This document shows, in pieces, positions 31,482 through 38,823 of a DNA stretch of 64,000 nucleotides. The stretch is from a bacterium. GTDB lineage: Bacteria; Bacillota; Clostridia; Oscillospirales; Oscillospiraceae. Position 1 is the stretch's first letter; every line of letters starts with the position of its first letter. The stretch covers positions 4,026 through 68,025 of the forward strand of contig SFVI01000009.1 of NCBI GenBank assembly GCA_004560305.1, read 5' to 3'. Both the position numbers and the translations under genes were made by a program. Below the pieces are notes generated by a model. That model saw only the letters and a program-made list of their open reading frames with translations. It ran no database searches and had not been told where the DNA came from.

Positions 31482-32798
31482 TCAAATGGTAGCCGGACCG
31501 TAAAGCAGGTCGGGCACAATGGTGATCAGCACCGGGCAGAAGGTCAGCAGCAGCAGCACCAGGAAGAGGCACAGGATAAAGGGCCAGACTTCCTTCAAAA
31601 ATTCGCTGATGGGGCAGCCGGTAATGCCGCAGGTGGTGAACATCATGGAACCGAAGGGAGGCGTGATGCCGCCGATCATGATGTTAACGATGGCCACAAG
31701 ACCAAAGTGATAGGTATCCACACCCAGGCTGCGGGCCACGGGCAGAAGCAGCGGGGTGATGATCATCAGAGCCGCGCCGCCTTCCAGGAACATACCCATC
31801 AGCAGCAGAATCAAATTGCAGAGCATGAGGAAAACATACTTGTTGCTGGTGAGATTCAGCACTGCGGTGGTTACGATCTTGGGCAGGTTGATCCAGGTCA
31901 TGTACTGACCGAACACACTGGCGGAGACCATGATCAGGACCACGCTGGAGGTACCGGCAATGGTATCCAGCAGGATGGGGATAAAATGCTTCTTCAGGTT
32001 CAGCTTCTTATACACAAGACCGCCGATGACGAAGCAGTAGAGCACGGCAACGGCGCCGCCCTCAGAGGGAGTGAACAGGCCGAAGCGCATACCCAGGATG
32101 ATGCCGAAGGGGAAGAACAGACCCCAGAAGGAAATGAACGCCTGACGCAGCACTTCCTTGATTGGGGGGAACTTATCCCGGGTGGTGGGGTAATTCCGCT
32201 TTTTGGAAATGATGGCCACCACGATCATCATGGAAATGGACATCAGAATGCCGGGAATGTAGCCGGCGGCAAACACACGCCCCAGAGAGGCCTGAGCAAT
32301 CAGGCAGAAAACGATCAAGTTGACCCCGGGAGGAATGACGGGCGTGGCGGCAGAGGACGCGGCGGTGATGGCGGCGGAGAAGGCCTTGGAATAGCCGCGG
32401 CGCTCCATCTCCGGAACCAGCATCTTGGACTGCATGGCGCAGTCGGCATTGGCAGAGCCGGAGCAGCCGCCCATCAGCATGCTCAGCAGCACGTTGACCT
32501 GGGCCAGGCCGCCCTTCATGTGGCCGGTGACACATTCACAGAAATCCATCATTTTCTCACTGATACCGCCAAAGTTCATGACGGAGCCGGCCATGATGAA
32601 AAACGGAATGGCCAGCATGGAGAAGGACTGGGTGGAGTTCATGACCTTCTGGAGGATGAGCCAGCACTTGGTGCTGGGGTCAAGAACCAGGAAGTAGAAG
32701 AAAGTGGCGCCGAACAGAGAATAAACTATGGGAAGCCCCAAGAAATAAAGGACAAACACCAGGATAATGGGAATAATATCAATGAATGTCAAAGTCAT
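31482..32798 (-). CDS. dctM: TRAP transporter large permease
   Basis: 438-aa polytopic DctM-type protein; its start overlaps the dctQ stop (TGATG). Confidence 0.9.
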   Translation of the reverse strand: MTLTFIDIIPIILVFVLYFLGLPIVYSLFGATFFYFLVLDPSTKCWLILQKVMNSTQSFSMLAIPFFIMAGSVMNFGGISEKMMDFCECVTGHMKGGLAQVNVLLSMLMGGCSGSANADCAMQSKMLVPEMERRGYSKAFSAAITAASSAATPVIPPGVNLIVFCLIAQASLGRVFAAGYIPGILMSISMMIVVAIISKKRNYPTTRDKFPPIKEVLRQAFISFWGLFFPFGIILGMRFGLFTPSEGGAVAVLYCFVIGGLVYKKLNLKKHFIPILLDTIAGTSSVVLIMVSASVFGQYMTWINLPKIVTTAVLNLTSNKYVFLMLCNLILLLMGMFLEGGAALMIITPLLLPVARSLGVDTYHFGLVAIVNIMIGGITPPFGSMMFTTCGITGCPISEFLKEVWPFILCLFLVLLLLTFCPVLITIVPDLLYGPATI

Positions 32799-33352
32799 CA
32801 GTAATTCCCTCCTTCAACCTGGTAGCCCTCATCTTCTTCGGGTTTTTTCTTCACTTTAATAATGTGGAAGCGCTCCGTCAGCAGGAAGTAGATGGAGTAC
32901 AGAGTGGACACGCCGAAGCCAAGGGGCACGGCAATGCCGGTGTAAGCCTTGGGGATACGCAGGACATCGGTAACCGCAGGTTTGAATACGCCGCGGACAT
33001 AGATGAGGTTATAAACATACTGAGCGCTGATGACGGTAAGCATAATCAGAACCAGCAGCTCAACAAATGCCATTACATCCCGAACCACAGCCTTGGTCCT
33101 GCCATGCATCATATTGACCACAATGTCCACACCCAGGTGGGAGTGCTTGCGGTAGGCATAGGCGCTGCCAATAAAGACAGTCCAGACAAAGAGACTGGTA
33201 ACCACTTCCTCGCTCCACTGAAGGGGAGCGTTGAGGATATAGCGCATAATCACGTTCAGGTTGACCAGGATCACACAGAGTGTAAGCGTGACCCCGGTAA
33301 TAATGGCATCAAGATTTTGGAGTATGAGTTTGGGCGTTATTTTCTTTTTCAT
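32798..33352 (-). CDS. dctQ: TRAP transporter small permease
   Basis: Four-TM DctQ-type protein; start trimmed to MKKKITPK (ATG 33352) with AAGGA upstream. Confidence 0.85.
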   Translation of the reverse strand: MKKKITPKLILQNLDAIITGVTLTLCVILVNLNVIMRYILNAPLQWSEEVVTSLFVWTVFIGSAYAYRKHSHLGVDIVVNMMHGRTKAVVRDVMAFVELLVLIMLTVISAQYVYNLIYVRGVFKPAVTDVLRIPKAYTGIAVPLGFGVSTLYSIYFLLTERFHIIKVKKKPEEDEGYQVEGGNY

Positions 33353-33414
33353 AGGCAAATCCTTAATGCACGTCCGGCTCATGTAGGGCCGAAGCTTCGT
33401 TATATATTCAACAT

Positions 33415-33438
33415 GGACTGCCCCGAAAAGGGCAGTCC
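33415..33438 (-). other. Intercistronic stem-loop between dctP and dctQ
   Basis: 9-bp GC-rich stem ggactgccc/gggcagtcc with no clear U-run; placement is typical of binding-protein mRNA stabilisers or partial terminators. Confidence 0.45.
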
Positions 33439-33482
33439 TGTTGATTCAGAACAGAGTGTTTGCTTGTGTAAAACGTAGCGAA

Positions 33483-34565
33483 TCAGCCGTTGCTGGCGCG
33501 GAATTCGGCGACCAGAGCGGTCAGCTGATCATAGGCCTCGTAGCTGGAGCCGTATTCCTCGACGATCCAGTCGATAACAGGCTCGCAGGCGGCGGAGAAG
33601 GCGTCCAGGTCAACATCGTTCCAGGTGACACCCTGGGTCTTCAGGAACTCGATCTGAGTGGCTTCATCTTCCTCACACATGGTCTGCTCCCACATGCCGC
33701 ACTCGTAAGCGCACTCCTCAATGATCTGCTGATACTTCTCAGGGATGGTCTGCCAGCAGTCCTCGGAGATGAAGAGCCAACGGGTGGCGATCAGGTGGTT
33801 GGTGGAAGCAACGTTCTTCACCAGCTCGTAGGGGTTACCGGCGCCGGCCAGGGTGGAGACGGAGCCTTCAAAGCCCTCAACAACACCGGAGGAGATGGCA
33901 GACAGACACTCGGTGAAGCTCATGGGGCTGGGAGTAGCACCCAGGCACTCCAGCGTCTTGGCAAACAGAGCGGAGGAAGTGGCACGCAGCACATGGCCGT
34001 TCAGGTCCTCGGGCTTGGTGACATTCAGGTTGGTAACAACGGAGCGGAAGCCAAAGGAATAGTGGGTGTCCAGCACATGGATGCCCTGGGTAGCCAGCTC
34101 GTCGATCAGGTTGGCGACGAAGTCGGAATCCATGACATAGTTGTACTCGGCATTGCTGCTGTACAGCATGGGAGCAATAACCATGGCGGCATCGCCGGCA
34201 TAGTCAGCAAACAGGGAGGGCTCTTCCAGGCCCATCCAGTTCTCGCCGTTGACAGCACGGGTGACAGAGTCACCGTAGCAGTCCAGCTCGTTCTGGCCGT
34301 AGTAGGTCACGCTGATGTGGCCCTCGGTCTTCTCGGTGATCATCTGGGCCAGCTTCTCGGAAGCCTTGTAGTTCCACTCGGTGGGCTGGAAAACGTTGGA
34401 GAACTTGATTTCCAGATAGAAATCATCGGCGGGATCTGCCTCGGCAGCGGGAGCGTCAGCAGCGGGAGCCTCAGCAGCAGGCGCCTCGGCAGCGGGCTTG
34501 GAGCCGCAGGCGCAGAGGGACAGAACCATCATCAGAGCCAGCAGCATTGCAAGGAATTTTTTCAT
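33483..34565 (-). CDS. dctP: TRAP transporter substrate-binding lipoprotein (DctP family)
   Basis: Start trimmed to MKKFLAMLLALMMVLSLCACGS (lipobox LCAC), Ala/Pro/Glu linker, DctP-type domain; GGAGAA SD. Confidence 0.88.
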   Translation of the reverse strand: MKKFLAMLLALMMVLSLCACGSKPAAEAPAAEAPAADAPAAEADPADDFYLEIKFSNVFQPTEWNYKASEKLAQMITEKTEGHISVTYYGQNELDCYGDSVTRAVNGENWMGLEEPSLFADYAGDAAMVIAPMLYSSNAEYNYVMDSDFVANLIDELATQGIHVLDTHYSFGFRSVVTNLNVTKPEDLNGHVLRATSSALFAKTLECLGATPSPMSFTECLSAISSGVVEGFEGSVSTLAGAGNPYELVKNVASTNHLIATRWLFISEDCWQTIPEKYQQIIEECAYECGMWEQTMCEEDEATQIEFLKTQGVTWNDVDLDAFSAACEPVIDWIVEEYGSSYEAYDQLTALVAEFRASNG

Positions 34566-34849
34566 AGCGTTTCTCCTTTTGTGAAAAGATTTGTTATAAA
34601 GTCTGTCATTCGCCACGGAGCATTTAAGCCCAGCCTCTCCCCCAGCTTCCGCAAGGGAAAAAGCCAAGCCCAAACAACGCCAGACACGATATGACAGCTA
34701 CTTCCAAAAAAACCTCTGCACCCGAACCTCCGGAGCGGAAAGCCCGGAAGGATAGTAAAAAATGCGGAAGCAGCCGAAAAATATGGATTCCGGCACCCGG
34801 TGCCGGAAAGTGGATTAAATGTTTCGGAATTGTGAAATCTCACATGCAC

Positions 34850-34877
34850 ATAATAGCATAATCAACAAATTTGTCAA
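34850..34877 (-). promoter_or_regulatory. Candidate sigma-A promoter for the TRAP operon (long leader)
   Basis: TTGACA, 16 nt, TATTAT on the minus strand, about 280 nt upstream of the dctP ATG. Confidence 0.45.
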
Positions 34878-35054
34878 CCGATATCCCTTCTGTTTCAATC
34901 ATTTTGGTCAAGTCGCATAAGTTTAATAGAAATATTTTGTTTAAGTTTTTAGTTTGACATTTCTTTACGCAGCTGCTGCCGATAGTGTTTGCACTTTGTG
35001 CCGGACTGTGCTATATTGATTGCAAGCTTAAAGTACAATGGAGATATACGATCA

Positions 35055-35633
35055 ATGGCTGCATTTGATATCACAATGAAACACACAGAGGAGTCTTTGG
35101 AGGCGCTGGCCCATATGCAGTACGATCTGTTCTGCAGGAGCAACCGGGTGGTCCGGACAATACTGAGCGTAGGAATGGTACTGCTGGGCGTAATGATGCA
35201 TGAGCAATGGTGGAGTATCCTGGCCATCGCCTATGGTTGTTACCTGACCACCAGCACCTATGCCTCGGCCAACCGAACGGCGCACAAGCTGACAGCGCAG
35301 ATCAAGGCCGCGGGGACGGATTTCCCGGGGTCCAGATTTCTTTTTGACAGCGAGGGAATGCACATCCGTCCCCTGCCGGAAAAGGAGGGTGAGGAGCAGC
35401 TGCTGCCCTACTCCAATTTCTACGGTCTGGGAGAAGACTTCCAATACTATTATATCTTCCGGGATCAGTACGGCGGCTACATGATCCCCAAGGAGAAGCT
35501 GGACGAGGACTGCCGCGCCTTCCGGGACTATGTGGAAAAAAAGAGCGGCAAGTCCTTCATCCTCAAGCGCTCACCCCTGGCCAGGCTGCGGGCCAGAATG
35601 CGGCAGAAGCAGAACGAGCCTTATCATCTGTAA
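35055..35633 (+). CDS. YcxB-like membrane protein (hypothetical)
   Basis: Two central hydrophobic helices and a YcxB-like C-terminal region; start trimmed to MAAFD (ATG 35055). Confidence 0.5.
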   Translation: MAAFDITMKHTEESLEALAHMQYDLFCRSNRVVRTILSVGMVLLGVMMHEQWWSILAIAYGCYLTTSTYASANRTAHKLTAQIKAAGTDFPGSRFLFDSEGMHIRPLPEKEGEEQLLPYSNFYGLGEDFQYYYIFRDQYGGYMIPKEKLDEDCRAFRDYVEKKSGKSFILKRSPLARLRARMRQKQNEPYHL

Positions 35634-35661
35634 TATAGACAAAAAAGCCGGTAACCTGTCA

Positions 35662-35710
35662 GGCTCCCTTGTGTAAAGGGAGCTGGCAGCGAAGCTGACT
35701 GAGGGATTGT
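35662..35710 (+). repeat. Two-hairpin intergenic repeat module, copy A
   Basis: ggctcccttgtgtaaagggagc (8-bp stem, GTGTA loop) - tgg - cagc/gctg mini-hairpin - ctgagggattgt tail. Confidence 0.75.
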
Positions 35711-35760
35711 TTTATGAAGTGTTCCGGATTTATGGTCATGTCTTGCGTATATTGGACTTT

Positions 35761-35818
35761 ACAACCCCTCCGTCAAAAATCAGAGATTTTTGCCACCTCC
35801 CCTTACACAGGGGAGGCT
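35761..35818 (-). repeat. Two-hairpin intergenic repeat module, copy B (inverted relative to A)
   Basis: Minus strand gcctcccctgtgtaaggggagg - tgg - caaaaatc/gatttttg hairpin - ggaggggttgt; 23/27 identity to the outer 27 nt of copy A. Confidence 0.75.
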
Positions 35819-35841
35819 TTGCTGCTTCTTTGACAGACTGA

Positions 35842-35878
35842 AAAGCCTTGCGCCGGCATAATGAAGGCGCAAGGCTTT
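35842..35878. terminator. Bidirectional terminator (ycxB-like gene / csoR)
   Basis: agccttgcgcc ... ggcgcaaggct stem (11 bp) with A/T-rich flanks. Confidence 0.65.
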
Positions 35879-35893
35879 GATTTTTATTGAAAT

Positions 35894-36268
35894 TCAGTTC
35901 ATGAACTTGTCAATGGCCTCGTTCAGGGCGGCCAGCTGGTCGGCGTCGTTGGCGGAGGCATCGGTAATGCAGTGCTCCAGATGGTCTTTCAGGATGACCT
36001 TGGCCGTGCTGTTGAGGGCGGAGCGCACCGCAGCCAGCTGCACCAGGACCTCGGTACAATCCCGGCCGTTCTCCACCATACGTTTGACCGACTCCAGGTG
36101 ACCGATGGCCCTGGACAAACGGTTCAGCACCGCCTTGGTCTGGGTATGGCTGTGACCGTGGCCGTGGTCATGGGGGTGGTCGTGGTCATGTTCATGGTCG
36201 TGGGAATGGGCGTGGAGCACGCCGTCACCATGGTCATGGTAATAGAGTTCGTCTTGGGAATGTTCCAT
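35894..36268 (-). CDS. csoR: CsoR/RcnR-family metal-sensing repressor with a His-rich N-terminal extension
   Basis: DUF156 core LNRLSRAIGHLESVKRM with x-C-H-C ligand pattern (RDC...DHLEHC). N-terminal HDHGDGVLHAHSHDHEHDHDHPHDHGHGHSH; start MEHSQ (ATG 36268) with GGAGG 6 nt upstream. Confidence 0.85.
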   Translation of the reverse strand: MEHSQDELYYHDHGDGVLHAHSHDHEHDHDHPHDHGHGHSHTQTKAVLNRLSRAIGHLESVKRMVENGRDCTEVLVQLAAVRSALNSTAKVILKDHLEHCITDASANDADQLAALNEAIDKFMN

Positions 36269-36320
36269 TGCCAGCCTCCAAAAGTTGGTTTGAACCAATC
36301 ATACACTTTACTGTGATAAA

Positions 36321-36345
36321 TTGCAAGCCCCCCGGGGGGATGCAA
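36321..36345. promoter_or_regulatory. Candidate CsoR operator: C6G6-centred pseudo-palindrome overlapping the csoR -35
   Basis: ttgcaagCCCCCCGGGGGGatgcaa. On the minus strand TTGCAA, 17 nt, TATGAT gives a promoter whose -35 is one palindrome arm. Confidence 0.55.
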
Positions 36346-36388
36346 TTAGAGTAATAAGTAAGAGTGAAAAGTGAAAAAGTGTTCGTAA

Positions 36389-37078
36389 TCAGGGAGAGGA
36401 CAGATCGATGGGGACGCAATCAGCAATGGTGAGGCTGTGCTCCGTCACGTCGCAGTCCAGAGCCAGGACATGCACGCCGGCGGCAGCCGCCTCCTGCAGG
36501 GCCAGGCCGAATTCCCGATGCTTCTCCCAGGCAGGCGCAAAGTATCGGACATGGCGCATCTGGATTACAAACACGGCATAGGCCTCATAGCCCTCCGCCA
36601 CACAGCGGGCCAGGCCGTGGAGATGCTTCACGCCCCGCTCCGTGGGCGCGTCAGGAAAGCGCACCACGCCGTTCTCCTCCAGCGTGACGCCTTTGACCTC
36701 CGCAAAGCAGCCCCTGCCATCCCGCTCAAAGTAGAAATCAAAGCGGGAGTCCCCATGGGTGCACTCCGGCTTCACCAGGGTGGGTACAAAGCCCAGACCC
36801 CCCTCCCGCAGCCACCGGTCAAAGACGGCGTTGGGGGCGGCAGCATCCATGTTGATGAGCCGCTCCCCTTTCCAGACCGAGATCAGGTCATAAGCGGTTT
36901 TACGGGCGGGATTTTCCGCCCGCTGCAAAAGCACCCGGGCGCCGGGGGTCAGCAGCTCCCGGCAGCGGCCAGTATTCTTCACATGGCAGACAACCGTCTC
37001 CCCGTTCAGCTCCACATGGGCGATAAAGCGGTTGGGCCGCTCAAGAAAGCGGCCCTCCTCAATGCGGTCATAGGTCAT
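36389..37078 (-). CDS. sfsA: SfsA (sugar fermentation stimulation protein A family)
   Basis: N-terminus GRFLERPNRFIAHVELNGETVVCHVKNTGRCRELL is characteristic of the family; start overlaps the upstream gene stop (ATGA). Confidence 0.88.
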   Translation of the reverse strand: MTYDRIEEGRFLERPNRFIAHVELNGETVVCHVKNTGRCRELLTPGARVLLQRAENPARKTAYDLISVWKGERLINMDAAAPNAVFDRWLREGGLGFVPTLVKPECTHGDSRFDFYFERDGRGCFAEVKGVTLEENGVVRFPDAPTERGVKHLHGLARCVAEGYEAYAVFVIQMRHVRYFAPAWEKHREFGLALQEAAAAGVHVLALDCDVTEHSLTIADCVPIDLSSP

Positions 37079-37644
37079 AGGCCGGCATACTCTCTTGCCC
37101 AGGTCTCCGCAATGCGGCGGGCCACCGGGTCGCCGGGAGCCTTTACCTCCAGCACCACGGTATCGCTGTCCTTGGACAGGACGGTGCGGAGGTTATCGGT
37201 GAGCATGGTGAACTTTTCCCCCAGGCCGAAGCGGCGCTTGATGCTCAGGGCGCTTTCCGGCCCTTTCAGCACGCCGATGATGGGCAGGTCGCTGTTGAGC
37301 AGCTCCGCCAGGGCATTGCGGAACTGAGGGATCAGCATTTCAAAACCGCCGATCTCATCCAGAACGGCGAAGGGGTAATAGGCGGCCTCATTAAGCAGGC
37401 GGACGCCCTGATTGCGGAAAACCTCGTTGTCCTTCTGAGGCTTCTCCCCGGAATAGTCCAGGATCTGCCAGCGCTCATACCCGGCAGCGGGCAGCAGGTC
37501 AAAGCCCAGAAGCTTGCCGCTGTCATCCGTCACACGCTCGGTCAGAAAGCCGCCGGCATAGGCAATCTGCGCCCCCAGGGCTTCCTTGATGATGGTGGTC
37601 TTCCCTACCCCGGAGGGGCCGGTGAGGAACAAATGTTTTTTCAT
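37075..37644 (-). CDS. THEP1-type nucleoside-triphosphatase (P-loop NTPase)
   Basis: Walker A LTGPSGVGKTT and Walker B AVLDEIG; start trimmed to MKKHLF (ATG 37644) with AGGTGA SD. Confidence 0.75.
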   Translation of the reverse strand: MKKHLFLTGPSGVGKTTIIKEALGAQIAYAGGFLTERVTDDSGKLLGFDLLPAAGYERWQILDYSGEKPQKDNEVFRNQGVRLLNEAAYYPFAVLDEIGGFEMLIPQFRNALAELLNSDLPIIGVLKGPESALSIKRRFGLGEKFTMLTDNLRTVLSKDSDTVVLEVKAPGDPVARRIAETWAREYAGL

Positions 37645-37669
37645 ATAATCACCTGAATCATTGAAACAA

Positions 37670-37698
37670 ACAGGAGCTGTGGGTTTCACAGCTCCTGT
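37670..37698 (-). terminator. Intrinsic terminator after the ybaK-like gene
   Basis: 12-bp stem acaggagctgtg/cacagctcctgt; minus strand followed by TTGTTTC. Confidence 0.65.
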
Positions 37699-37715
37699 GA
37701 CTGTTTATGCTTTTC

Positions 37716-38186
37716 TTATTCCGGAAGCTTGCACACGTCGATCCACTCCAGGGCCTTGGAGTATTCATACAGCTCGTCCAGGTTCAGTTCAATGGCGCTG
37801 CTGGCGCTGCCCACGGCGGGGAACACGGTAGTGAAGCGCTTCAGGCTCTCATCCAGATACACAGGGATGCCCTCGTTGATGCCAAAGGGGCACACGCCGC
37901 CCACAGGATGGCCCACCAGCTCCAACACCTCATCGGCAGAGAGCATTTTGGCCTTCATGTGAAATTTGTCCTTAAACTTGCGGTTGTCAATACGGGCGTC
38001 GCCTGCCGCCAGAATGAGCATACAGCCATCCTCGGTCTTGAAGGACAGGGTCTTGGCGATCCGTGCGCCTTCCACGCCCAGAGCCTGGGCGGCCAGCTCC
38101 ACCGTTGCGGAGGACACGGTGAACTCCTGCACACGATCCTCAATTCCCAGCGCCCGGAAGTAGGCGCGGCCTTTTTCAATAGACAT
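37716..38186 (-). CDS. YbaK/EbsC-type aminoacyl-tRNA deacylase domain protein
   Basis: 156 aa with the HPVGGVCPFG motif typical of the YbaK/ProX editing domain. Confidence 0.8.
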   Translation of the reverse strand: MSIEKGRAYFRALGIEDRVQEFTVSSATVELAAQALGVEGARIAKTLSFKTEDGCMLILAAGDARIDNRKFKDKFHMKAKMLSADEVLELVGHPVGGVCPFGINEGIPVYLDESLKRFTTVFPAVGSASSAIELNLDELYEYSKALEWIDVCKLPE

Positions 38187-38226
38187 GATCTTACCTCGTA
38201 TTCTATCTCTTAAATTTGCTTAGGGA

Positions 38227-38796
38227 TTACGCGTTGAAATAGCCGGGAAACCAGGTGCCGGTGACATCAGCCCAGAAGCTGGTGGGGAATTTGTCAAAGC
38301 TTTTCAGAAAGCTGCGAACCTTCTCGTTATAGCCCTTCGCCCCCTGGTCGATGGTTACGGAGCAGGTCTCGATCTGGGCAGAATACTCGTCCATGGCCGT
38401 CCGGTGCCGTTCGCTGAGGCCGGTGCTTTGCAGCTGGCTCTCCACAATGCGCAGGGCCTTGAAATACTCCCCATAGCAGCTGCCGATATAATTCACATCA
38501 TCAGCGCTGTACTGCATGGCCAGTTCCAGATCATCCAGCCGCTGAGACAGCTCCCCGGTATCAATGCCGTAGTTGTTGGCGATGAGGATGATGTCGTCCG
38601 TCAGGGCGCAAAGCTGCTTCATGGGCTCGGCCATGGCAGGATACTCCACCCCGCTGATGCGGACGCCTTCATAAAAGATGTCGCTCACCGCGCTGCACCT
38701 GCTCTCCAGCTTCACGTTGACGGAAACCAGCGTGGAGCAGACAACGATCAGTGCTGACAGCACCACGGCCACAAAGGGTCTTTTAAAGAAATTCAT
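38227..38796 (-). CDS. Hypothetical membrane-anchored protein
   Basis: N-terminal TM anchor (FVAVVLSALIVVCSTLVSV) plus a roughly 160-aa helical domain with no motif I recognise; 27 nt downstream of telA. Confidence 0.6.
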   Translation of the reverse strand: MNFFKRPFVAVVLSALIVVCSTLVSVNVKLESRCSAVSDIFYEGVRISGVEYPAMAEPMKQLCALTDDIILIANNYGIDTGELSQRLDDLELAMQYSADDVNYIGSCYGEYFKALRIVESQLQSTGLSERHRTAMDEYSAQIETCSVTIDQGAKGYNEKVRSFLKSFDKFPTSFWADVTGTWFPGYFNA

Positions 38797-38823
38797 TTTT
38801 TCTCCTCAATTACGCGAAGCGAA

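Noticed and set aside
34566-34673. N-terminal extensions given by the ORF track for several genes: dctP to 34673, alaS to 7938, coaD to 59110, murG to 50002, rfbA to 30924, mraZ to 57786, spoIIAA to 23183
   Set aside because: In each case an internal ATG with a proper SD matches the conserved family N-terminus or a lipoprotein signal peptide. The extension either lacks an SD or runs into terminators or upstream genes.
35714-35833. 39-codon ORF (MKCSGFMVMSCVYWTLQPLRQKSEIFATSPYTGEALLLL) inside the inverted repeat pair
   Set aside because: It has no SD and runs through repeat copy B in antisense. The sequence is better explained as a structured repeat element, and such elements commonly generate spurious short ORFs.
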